From: an uncultured Chloroflexota bacterium
GTDB lineage: Bacteria > Chloroflexota > Limnocylindria > Limnocylindrales > CSP1-4
Assembly (NCBI GenBank): GCA_903928275.1
Contig: CAIYQJ010000412.1
Coordinates: forward strand, 1 to 43,708
Reading direction: 5' to 3'
DNA length: 43,708 nucleotides
The notes below the pieces were generated by a model. The model was not told the DNA's origin. It did not search any database and saw only the letters and a program-made list of their open reading frames with translations. Positions 26,404 to 33,773 of this stretch are shown in pieces. A program made the translations under genes and the position numbers. Positions within the stretch are counted from its first letter, which is position 1, and the number at the start of each line of letters is the position of its first letter.

Positions 26404-27968
26404 GTGGCCCCTCGCCTCAACGCGTCCCGCATGAGCCCGAGGATAGTCGGCAGCTCCGGGATCCGCAGCAGCCGGGCGAGGCCCAGGAACACGACGGCGC
26501 CGGCCGCCCCGGCCACGACCACCTGCACGGCGATCGCCGGCTTGCCCAGGTCCACGCCCAGCGCCGCCTCCACGCCGCGGGACACGCCGAGGACCGTGAG
26601 GCCCGCGACGATCGCACAGAGCCCGGACCGGAGGCCCGCGTCGGCGAGCGCGCGGACGTCGAAGCCCGGCACGCGCCGCCACAGGATCACGACGAGGATC
26701 CCCGCCTCGAGCCAGGATCCGACCGCGAGGCCGAGGGCGAGCCCGGGCAGCCCGAGCGTGCCGACCGTCGCGACGCCGATCGCCACGTTCACGACCACCG
26801 CGACGACGGCCGCGACGACCGGCGTCAGCGTGTCGCGACCTGCGTAGAAGGCCCGGGCGAGGATGACGATGAGCGACTCCGATGCCAGCCCCAGGAGGAA
26901 GAAGAACAGGGCGTCGGCCGTCAGGCCCACTGCGTACTCGTCGAATCGACCGTAGTCGAAGAGGAGCGTGATGATCTGGCGCCGGAGCACGATGCCGAAC
27001 GCGGTGGCCGGCAGCATGACGAAGAGGATGAGCCGCAGGCTCTTGACGAGCAGGTTCGTGTACCCGCGCACCGACCCGCGGGCCAGCTCCGTCGACATGG
27101 CCGGAAGAGCGACGATGCCGAGCGGCACGCCGATGACGCCGATCGGGATCTGCAGGACGGTGAAGGCGATCGTGTAGGCGGAGATGGAGCCGACGGCGAG
27201 GAGGGAGGCGAGCGACGTCATGATGACCAGGCTCAGCTGGCCCACGCCGAGGCCCACCGCCCGCGGCGCCATGAGGAGGAGCGTCTGGCGGGCCGCCGCG
27301 TCGCGCAGGTCGACGCTGGGCGTGTAGCGGAACCCGTACCGGCGCAGCGCCGGGAGCTGCACCGTCAGGTGGAGCGCCGAGCCCGCCACCACGCCGATCG
27401 CGAGCCCCACGATCCCGAAGAACGGCGTCAGCACGAACGCGGCGGCGATGATCGCGAGGTTGTACGCGATCGGCGCGAGGGCCGGGGCGAGGAAATGGTG
27501 GCGCGCGTTCAGGACGCTGTTCGCGACGGACCCGAGGGCGAGGAGGATCGGGCTCAGGAGCATGATCCGCGAGAGCTGGACGGTGAGCTCGAGCTGCGCC
27601 TGCCCGAAGCCCGGCGTGACCGCGGGGATGATCCACGGGGCGAAGACGAACACGACGACCGCGAGCAGGCCGAGCGCGACGAGCATGAGGTTCGCCACCG
27701 TCGACGTCACGCGCCATCCCCGCGACATCTCGCCTCTCTCGAAGAGCCCCGCGAGGACCGGGATGAGGGCCGTCCCAAGGGCGCCCGCCGCGACGAGCTG
27801 GAAGATGAGGTCCGGGATCCGGAAGGCCGCGAAGAACGCGTCGAGCTCGGGTCCCGCGCCGAAGGTCGTCGAGATGACGAGGAGGCGGACCCAGCCGAGG
27901 ACGCGTGCCGCGAGGAAGGCGCCGGTGACGATGAGACCGGCCCGGGCCAGGGATCGGCGCGAGGTCAT
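26400..27968 (-). CDS. murJ: Lipid II flippase MurJ (MviN)
   Basis: 522 aa with 14-TM MOP-superfamily topology. The N-terminus is typical: GLIVTGAFLAARVLGWVRLLVISTTFGAGPELDAFFAAFRIPDLIFQLVAAGAL. The ATG at 27968 overlaps the xerC stop (ATGA). Confidence 0.92.
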   Translation of the reverse strand: MTSRRSLARAGLIVTGAFLAARVLGWVRLLVISTTFGAGPELDAFFAAFRIPDLIFQLVAAGALGTALIPVLAGLFERGEMSRGWRVTSTVANLMLVALGLLAVVVFVFAPWIIPAVTPGFGQAQLELTVQLSRIMLLSPILLALGSVANSVLNARHHFLAPALAPIAYNLAIIAAAFVLTPFFGIVGLAIGVVAGSALHLTVQLPALRRYGFRYTPSVDLRDAAARQTLLLMAPRAVGLGVGQLSLVIMTSLASLLAVGSISAYTIAFTVLQIPIGVIGVPLGIVALPAMSTELARGSVRGYTNLLVKSLRLILFVMLPATAFGIVLRRQIITLLFDYGRFDEYAVGLTADALFFFLLGLASESLIVILARAFYAGRDTLTPVVAAVVAVVVNVAIGVATVGTLGLPGLALGLAVGSWLEAGILVVILWRRVPGFDVRALADAGLRSGLCAIVAGLTVLGVSRGVEAALGVDLGKPAIAVQVVVAGAAGAVVFLGLARLLRIPELPTILGLMRDALRRGAT

Positions 27969-28921
27969 CGGGGCTCGTCCCGGCGCGACGCACGGGGGTG
28001 CGCCGACCTGTACGCGGACCGCAGCCGTGCGGGCGAGACGTGGGTGTAGATCTGGGTCGTGGCGAGGCTCTCGTGACCGAGCAGCTCCTGCACGACGCGC
28101 AGGTCGGCCCCGCCATCGAGCAGGTGCGTGGCGAAGCTGTGGCGCAGCGTGTGCGGCGTCACGTCGTCCGGCAGGCCGGCCTGCCGGCGATGGAGGTCGA
28201 GCCGATACCGGAGCCCCCGCACCCCGAGCGGTCGGCCGCGGCTGTTGAGGAAGAGCGTGGCCTCGCCGACGCCTGGGCCCTCGCCGGTCCCGCGCCGGCC
28301 GAGAAGGCTGGGGCGGCCGGCGTCGAGGTAGGCCCGCAAGGCCTCGCGGGCCGGACCGCCGAGGAGCGCGACGCGCTCCTTGCGCCCCTTGCCGAGCACG
28401 CGCACCTCGCCCCGGCGCAGGTCGACGCTCCCGAGCGTCGTGGCGGCCAGCTCGCTGATCCGCAGCCCGGCCGCGTACGCCATCTCGACGAGCGCGCGGT
28501 CGCGCAACGCCAGGGCCTCCGCGGTCGCGTGCATCGCCCGGGGGCCGGCCTCACCTGCCGCGTCGATGAGGCGCTCGATGCCGGCGATGTCCACCACCGC
28601 GGGCAGGCGTCGAGGAAGGCGGGGGGTGGCGATCGCCGCCCACGGATCACCCGGCGCGAGCCCTTCGCGCGACGCCCAGCGATGGAACGAGCGGATCGCG
28701 GCGAGGCGGTGGGCGACCGTCCGGCGCGTCCGGCCCTCGACGAGCGTGGCCACGTACGCGCGCATGTCGAGCCGCGACGGTCGTCGCCAGTCGGCGCCAC
28801 GGTCGGCGAGCCACGCGACGTAGGGCGCGAGGGCTCCCCGGTAGGCGCGGAGGGTGTGGGGCGATGCGTCGCGGGCGGCGAGAGCGCGCAGGAATCGCGC
28901 GAGCGCCTCCTCGCCGGTCAT
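27965..28921 (-). CDS. xerC: Tyrosine recombinase XerC/XerD family
   Basis: 318 aa. It has an N-terminal SAM-like domain (TLRAYRGALAPYVAWL) and a catalytic domain with the R...HxxR...Y signature (GLRISEL, TPHTLRHSFATHLL, LLGHESLATTQIYTHV). The ATG at 28921 overlaps the topA stop (ATGA). Confidence 0.9.
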   Translation of the reverse strand: MTGEEALARFLRALAARDASPHTLRAYRGALAPYVAWLADRGADWRRPSRLDMRAYVATLVEGRTRRTVAHRLAAIRSFHRWASREGLAPGDPWAAIATPRLPRRLPAVVDIAGIERLIDAAGEAGPRAMHATAEALALRDRALVEMAYAAGLRISELAATTLGSVDLRRGEVRVLGKGRKERVALLGGPAREALRAYLDAGRPSLLGRRGTGEGPGVGEATLFLNSRGRPLGVRGLRYRLDLHRRQAGLPDDVTPHTLRHSFATHLLDGGADLRVVQELLGHESLATTQIYTHVSPARLRSAYRSAHPRASRRDEPR

Positions 28922-31479
28922 CCGTGCGGCTCGCCTCCGTCCGAGCCGCCGGCCGTCGAACCTCGCCCGCTCCGGGTCGCACCGGCCGCACGGGTGCCGC
29001 GCCCCCGTCCGGCGGCCGGCCGTGTCCGTGCGGGTCCTTCGGCACCGGCACGATCCGCGGGCCCCGCCGATGCCGCGCCGCGTGGCACGCGCGGTCGGAC
29101 GAGCGCCGCGGGGTCGGCCACACCGCCTGCCAGCAGTGTGCCCGGGGCGGGCAGGTCGGCCGGCAGCGGCACGGTGGCGCCGCAGCCGAGGCAGACGCCG
29201 GCCGCCGCATCGTCCGTCCGCGCGATCGGCGCGCCGTCCGGCTCATGGTTCGGCCCCAGGGGCTCACGCCAGCTCGTGTACGTGCACTTGGGGTAGCGCG
29301 AACAGCCCCAGAACACCGTCCCGTCCCGCCGCGCCCGCCGGGCGACCAGGTGCCCCTTTGTACACGTCGGGCACGGCGCGTCGAACCCCGGCTGCGGCGG
29401 CGGAGGCGGCCCTTCCTTGCGGATGTACCGGCACTCGGGGTAGCGGTCGCATCCGACGAACGGCCCGAACCGACCCGTCCTGGCGACGAGCACGCCCCCA
29501 TCGGCATCGCCGCACTCGGGGCATGCCTCGCCGACGCCACCGAGCGGCGCGGCCTCCCCGCCCTCTCCCGTCCCGGCGGCGCCGGGGAGCGGCGGCAACG
29601 GCCGGCTCTCCTTGTGGTCGGGGTATCGCGAGCACGCGAGGAACTCCCCGTAGCGCCCCGCCCGCACGAGCATCGGGTGTCCCTCGGAGCACACGAGGTC
29701 GTCCGGCAGGCCGATGTCCGCCGGTGCGACCCCGACGTCCGCGGGCCGGATGTCGGCCGACCTGGCCGCGATGAGCGCCGCGAGCGGCGTGTAGAAGTCG
29801 CGGACGACCGGCACCCACCGCCTCTCGCCGCTCGCGACCGCGTCGAGGTCGCCCTCCATCCGCGCGGTGAAGTCAACGTCCACGAACTCGCCGAAATGCG
29901 TGACGAGCAGGTCGGTGACGATGAACGCGATCGGCGCCGGGACGAGACGCTTCTCGCGGACCGCGACGTAGCCGCGATCGACGATCGTCGAGATCGTCGC
30001 GGCGTACGTCGAGGGGCGACCGATCCCGTTCTCCTCGAGCGCCTTCACGAGCGTCGCCTCGGTGTAGCGCGGCGGCGGCTCCGTGAAGTGCTGGGTCGGT
30101 CGGACATCGGCGGAACCCGTCTCTGTCCGGGCGACATCCGTGCGATCCCCCTCGCTGAGGACCGGGAGCGTGGCCTCGCTCTCCTCCTCGCCGTCGTCCC
30201 GGCCCTCGGTGTACACCCGGCTGAACCCGTCGAAGAGCGTCCGCGTCGCGCTCGCCCGGAGCCCGAGCCGCCCGTCCACGAGGTCGATCGCCGTCGTCTC
30301 GAGCCGCTTCGCGGCCATCTGGCTCGCGATCGCTCTCTGCCAGATGAGGCGGTACAGCCGCGCTTCGTCGGGCTTGAGCGCCCCGGCGATGCTCTCGGGG
30401 TCCCTGGCGAACGACGTGGGCCGGATCGCCTCGTGCGCTTCCTGGGCGGTCCGCGACCGCGTCTTGTAGTGCCGACCCTTGGGGACCGCGTACGGGACGC
30501 CGAACCGCTCGGCGATGACGTCGTGAGCCTCCCGGATGGCCTGCGAGGACAGCGCGACCGAGTCGGTGCGCATGTAGGTGATGAGCCCGACCTGCTCGCC
30601 GTCGACCGCGACGCCCTCGTAGAGCCGCTGGGCGGCGCTCATGGTCCGCTTCGGCGCGAACCCGAGCTTGCGGCTCGCCTCCTGCTGGAGGGTCGACGTC
30701 GTGAACGGCGGCGCCGGCGTGCGATTTGATTCCCGGCGGCTCACACCGGTGACCCTCGGGTGGGCGGCCTCGAGCTCGCCGGCGATCGCGTGCGCCGTCG
30801 CCTCGTCCCCGATGACGGGCTTCGCGCCATCGACGCGGACGAGGTCGGCCGTGAACGTCTCCGCGTCGGCCGTCCGCAGGAGGACCTCGATCGTCCAGTA
30901 CTCCACCGTGACGAACGCGCGGATCAGGCGCTCGCGCTCGACGACGAGGCGCACCGCCACCGACTGGACCCGGCCCGCCGACAGCCCGGTGCGGACCTTG
31001 CGCCACAGGAGCGGGCTCAACGTGTAGCCGACGAGCCGGTCGACGACGCGGCGCGCCTGCTGGGCATCGACGAGGTTGACGTCGATCGCCCGCGGGTGCG
31101 CGAAGGCCGCCTGGATGGCCGGCTTCGTGATCTCGCTGAACGTGACGCGGCGGGTCTTCTCCGGCGCGATGTGCGCTGCTTCGGCGACGTGCCACGCGAT
31201 CGCCTCGCCCTCGCGATCGAGGTCGGTGGCGAGGTACACCGTGGACGCCGAGGCGGCGGCCTTCTCGATCGCGCGGACCTGCTTGACCCGGTCGGCGACG
31301 ACTTCGTAGTCGGGCGCGAAGTCGTGCTCGAGATCCACGCCCATCTGGCCCTTGGCTGGCCGTGCCGGCAGGTCCCGCACGTGCCCGTACGAGGCGAGGA
31401 CGTGGTAGTCGGGCCCGAGGTAGCGTTCGATCGTCTTCGCCTTTGCCGGCGATTCGACGACCACGAGGTTCCTGCTCAT
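28918..31479 (-). CDS. topA: DNA topoisomerase I (type IA) with C-terminal Cys4 zinc-ribbon repeats
   Basis: It has a TOPRIM domain (LVVVESPAKAKTIERYLG, ATDLDREGEAI) and the active-site region ITYMRTDS. C-terminal CxxC...CxxC ribbons include CSEGHPM...CSRYPDH, CPECG...CDRYPEC and CPTC...CSRYPKC. The start was set at ATG 31479 (MSRNLVVVESPAKAK). ATG 31497 is an in-frame alternative. Confidence 0.95.
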   Translation of the reverse strand: MSRNLVVVESPAKAKTIERYLGPDYHVLASYGHVRDLPARPAKGQMGVDLEHDFAPDYEVVADRVKQVRAIEKAAASASTVYLATDLDREGEAIAWHVAEAAHIAPEKTRRVTFSEITKPAIQAAFAHPRAIDVNLVDAQQARRVVDRLVGYTLSPLLWRKVRTGLSAGRVQSVAVRLVVERERLIRAFVTVEYWTIEVLLRTADAETFTADLVRVDGAKPVIGDEATAHAIAGELEAAHPRVTGVSRRESNRTPAPPFTTSTLQQEASRKLGFAPKRTMSAAQRLYEGVAVDGEQVGLITYMRTDSVALSSQAIREAHDVIAERFGVPYAVPKGRHYKTRSRTAQEAHEAIRPTSFARDPESIAGALKPDEARLYRLIWQRAIASQMAAKRLETTAIDLVDGRLGLRASATRTLFDGFSRVYTEGRDDGEEESEATLPVLSEGDRTDVARTETGSADVRPTQHFTEPPPRYTEATLVKALEENGIGRPSTYAATISTIVDRGYVAVREKRLVPAPIAFIVTDLLVTHFGEFVDVDFTARMEGDLDAVASGERRWVPVVRDFYTPLAALIAARSADIRPADVGVAPADIGLPDDLVCSEGHPMLVRAGRYGEFLACSRYPDHKESRPLPPLPGAAGTGEGGEAAPLGGVGEACPECGDADGGVLVARTGRFGPFVGCDRYPECRYIRKEGPPPPPQPGFDAPCPTCTKGHLVARRARRDGTVFWGCSRYPKCTYTSWREPLGPNHEPDGAPIARTDDAAAGVCLGCGATVPLPADLPAPGTLLAGGVADPAALVRPRVPRGAASAGPADRAGAEGPARTRPAAGRGRGTRAAGATRSGRGSTAGGSDGGEPHG

Positions 31480-31560
31480 CGCGGCGGAGTCTAGCATCGG
31501 GTCGTCGCTTCCCGACCACCGACCGCTCGTGGCCCGCTCGCCACCCGCGCCCGGCGGACG

Positions 31561-31881
31561 TCAGGAATCGCGGATGCGACGCATGAGATCCTCGTCGATC
31601 TCGAGCTCCGGTGCCTCCTGCGGCTCGTCGTCCGAGGTGCTGCCGAGCGCCGCCATGAGTCCCGCGGACGCCGTGACCGGCACCTCGACGAACCGCACGT
31701 GCTCGAGCGGGAAGAGGAAGACGGAGTCGATCCGGTCGACGAAGAGCGGCCGCTTCCCGGCCATCGTGCGGACGTTCGTGCAGACGACGCAGGCGTCCTT
31801 CGCCGAGGGGACGGCGAACAGGTCCGCGAGGAGTGGCTGTTCGTTCTGGAGGTGGAGCACGACGTCGCGGAGGAGGGCCAT
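31561..31881 (-). CDS. Small conserved-looking protein of unknown function (beta-rich core, acidic C-terminal tail)
   Basis: 106 aa: MALLRDVVLHLQNEQPLLADLFAVPSAKDACVVCTNVRTMAGKRPLFVDRIDSVFLFPLEHVRFVEV...DDEPQEAPELEIDEDLMRRIRDS. The ATG at 31881 lies 10 nt after GAGG and 12 nt after the stop of the upstream gene. The topA start lies ~80 nt downstream. GC3 phasing is clean. Confidence 0.6.
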   Translation of the reverse strand: MALLRDVVLHLQNEQPLLADLFAVPSAKDACVVCTNVRTMAGKRPLFVDRIDSVFLFPLEHVRFVEVPVTASAGLMAALGSTSDDEPQEAPELEIDEDLMRRIRDS

Positions 31882-31893
31882 CGCGTCGCGCCT

Positions 31894-33576
31894 CTAGGGC
31901 GCGTAGAAGTCGGACACGATCCGGACGTTGCCCTGGCTCACCCACACGCCGATGCCGACGCGCGTGTACGCCGCGTTCATGAGGTTCACGTAGTGCCCGC
32001 CGTTGTACGGCTTCTCGCTCTGGAAGAACAGCTGCGTGGCGACGGCGCCGCGCGACGGGTCCCCGGACGGGCAGCCGAGGTTCTCCGCCCACTGGTAGCT
32101 CGTGTAGCCCGCGCGCCGCAGGCGCGTCGCGGGGTTGCCGTCGAGGAAGTGATCGCACGCTCCGCGCTCGGCGAGGTACCTCGCGTAGGGACGAGAGACC
32201 GTGTCGGCGATCCCGGCGTCGAACACGAGCGGCGCCACGTCCCGGCCGCCCTGGCTCGTGCATGCGCCGTTCGCCGCGACCCAGCCGCCTGTCCGCGTGC
32301 AGTTGAGCAGGCCGAGGTAGTACCGCTCCACCGACGCCCACGCTCCGGCGCCGACGGTCGCCCCCGGGCTCGGCGTGGCCGCGCCGGGCGTGGCGTGAGC
32401 GGTGGCCCGGGACCGGCTCGCCGGGACCGGCTTGGCCGTCACCTTCGCTTTCGCGGGCTTCGCCGGCTTCGCCGGCTTCTTCACCGTCGTGAACGTCGTG
32501 GACCCGGTGTGTGACAGCGCGACGCCACCGGCGGACTTCGCCTTCGCGGAGATGGTCATGGCGACCTTCGTCCCGTACGGGAGCGCGGAGCGCGGCGTGA
32601 AGACGAGGACCGTGTCGCCCTCGGCCCACGTCACCGTGCCTCGAAGGGTCTCGCCGGCCGCCTTCGCGACGAGAGCCTTCGCCGTCGCGGCCCGGTCCAT
32701 CCGGTCTGTGAAGCGGACGGACAGGACGGCGTCGCGTGCCACGTCAGTGGCGCGAGCGGCGGGCCGGAATCGGACGATCGACGGCGCGCCCACGGTGCGG
32801 CCCACGAGTCTCGGCAGCGCCGCGATCGCGGCGCCGTCCAGGTCCCGGAAGCCGTCGGCGAGGCCCACCGTGTAGGTGGCCCCAGCCTTCAGGGGGGCCG
32901 TCGGCGTGATCGTCACGATCGTCTGATCGCCGACCACGCGCGTCACGACCTTCGTCTTCACCGAGGGGGTGATGCGCAAAGATGCCTGGACGGCTGCCGC
33001 GCTCACGGGCCTGTCGAACGTGAGGACGAACGACGTGGCGGTGGCCATTCGCGCGCCCACCTTCTTCGTGGCGACGAGCGAAGCGGTCGTGGCCGGTCGA
33101 GTGGCGAACGATGTCCTGACCGCGGCCGCGAGGGCCGCCCCGGACGCGTCGTGGGCGCCCGGGCCGACGGTGACCGTCACGAACGTCCCCGGCGCCCAGG
33201 GCGCGGTCGGGACCACGAGGAGGCGCAGCCCGCCCTGTTGCCACTGCAGCGTGACCGGCGTCGCGGGCTCCACGATCAGGGCCGCCGCGACGCTCGAGGC
33301 GTCCATCGGCGACGTGAAGTCGATGGTCACGCTGCTGCCGAGGGCCGCGTCCATCTGGACCGGACCCGAGAGACGGGCCTGGACGATGGTCGCGACCCGC
33401 GTGGGCGGCAACGCGGACACGTCGCGGGGCGCGAGCGCGACGGCCCCCACGGCGACGAGGGCCACGAGACCCACGACGAGGGCTGCTCGCGACACGGCGG
33501 ATCGACGGACGGCCGACACGACGACGAGCGCGGCGAGCAGCGGCATGGCCACCATCGCGGCGGCGACGTTTCGCAA
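31894..33576 (-). CDS. Secreted/anchored protein with N-terminal TM/signal anchor, three SbsA-Ig-like (Big_5-type) repeats, a Lys/Pro/Ala linker and a C-terminal CAP (SCP/PR-1, YkwD-like) domain
   Basis: This is the C-terminal part of track ORF 31894..34980.
- Start: TTG 33576 lies 6 nt after GGAGG. ATG 33555 or ATG 33546 are alternatives.
- TM segments: MPLLAALVVVSAV and LVVGLVALVAVGAVALA.
- Three ~85-aa repeats, each with a F[TS]xxMD/FDRPV...ITP/FTP...G.xYTV-like pattern.
- Linker: KKPAKPAKPAKAKVTAKP.
- CAP-like end: ...YQWAENLG...GGHYVNLMNAAYTRVGIGVW... Confidence 0.8.
   Translation of the reverse strand: MRNVAAAMVAMPLLAALVVVSAVRRSAVSRAALVVGLVALVAVGAVALAPRDVSALPPTRVATIVQARLSGPVQMDAALGSSVTIDFTSPMDASSVAAALIVEPATPVTLQWQQGGLRLLVVPTAPWAPGTFVTVTVGPGAHDASGAALAAAVRTSFATRPATTASLVATKKVGARMATATSFVLTFDRPVSAAAVQASLRITPSVKTKVVTRVVGDQTIVTITPTAPLKAGATYTVGLADGFRDLDGAAIAALPRLVGRTVGAPSIVRFRPAARATDVARDAVLSVRFTDRMDRAATAKALVAKAAGETLRGTVTWAEGDTVLVFTPRSALPYGTKVAMTISAKAKSAGGVALSHTGSTTFTTVKKPAKPAKPAKAKVTAKPVPASRSRATAHATPGAATPSPGATVGAGAWASVERYYLGLLNCTRTGGWVAANGACTSQGGRDVAPLVFDAGIADTVSRPYARYLAERGACDHFLDGNPATRLRRAGYTSYQWAENLGCPSGDPSRGAVATQLFFQSEKPYNGGHYVNLMNAAYTRVGIGVWVSQGNVRIVSDFYAP
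32452..32478 (-). repeat. 3 x 9-nt tandem repeat (CGCSGGCTT) encoding (KPA)3 in the linker of the CAP-domain protein
   Basis: Read directly: cgcgggctt (32452..32460), cgccggctt (32461..32469), cgccggctt (32470..32478). The minus strand reads AAG CCG GCG x3, giving KPAKPAKPA. Confidence 0.8.
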
Positions 33577-33591
33577 TAGAACCTCCAGGTG

Positions 33592-33624
33592 CGGGTGGGC
33601 TCGTCCCCTCAAGGGCCCCACCCG
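33592..33624 (-). promoter_or_regulatory. Stable stem-loop immediately upstream of the RBS of the CAP-domain gene
   Basis: On the minus-strand RNA, CGGGUGGG (33624..33617) pairs with CCCACCCG (33599..33592) across a 17-nt loop that holds a small CCC/GGG inner helix. The stem ends ~5 nt before CUGGAGG (RBS) and the TTG start at 33576. Confidence 0.35.
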
Positions 33625-33682
33625 TCCGGGACTCGGTACGGTCCCGCCGGAGGGTAGCACCCGACCACGCTCGCTGGCAAAC

Positions 33683-33708
33683 ACCCCACCCTGCCCGCGC
33701 GGTGGGGT
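33683..33708 (-). terminator. Stem-loop after dprA (candidate weak intrinsic terminator or leader structure)
   Basis: On the minus-strand RNA, ACCCCACC (33708..33701) pairs with GGUGGGGU (33690..33683) across a 10-nt loop, followed by GUUUGCC. It lies 66 nt downstream of the dprA stop. The U-tract is only 3 nt long. Confidence 0.35.
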
Positions 33709-33773
33709 CACTGGCGCCACCCTCCGCAGCGCGAGCCGGGCGGACCGGGTCGGAGTCCCGGACGTCATCTCCC

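Noticed and set aside
27965-28921. A tyrosine recombinase as a possible marker of an integrative mobile element or genomic island.
   Set aside because: It has full XerC/XerD architecture and is translationally coupled on both sides to topA and murJ. There are no flanking direct repeats, no tRNA attachment site, and no phage, transposase or conjugation genes. It is best read as the chromosomal dimer-resolution recombinase.
29873-32629. A 918-aa minus-strand ORF overlapping topA and the CAP-domain gene in another frame. Similar alternate-frame ORFs include 20043..22214, 12623..14701, 16884..18524, 21904..24255 and 24622..26847.
   Set aside because: Each overlaps a gene whose own frame carries strong family signatures. 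The alternate frames are Arg/Gly/Pro-rich with no motifs.
33577-33773. A cyclic-di-AMP (ydaO-type) riboswitch upstream of the secreted CAP-domain protein.
   Set aside because: By eye I could not find the conserved pseudo-symmetric core elements of that class; there are only generic GC helices. I kept it as an unclassified structured leader pending a covariance-model scan.
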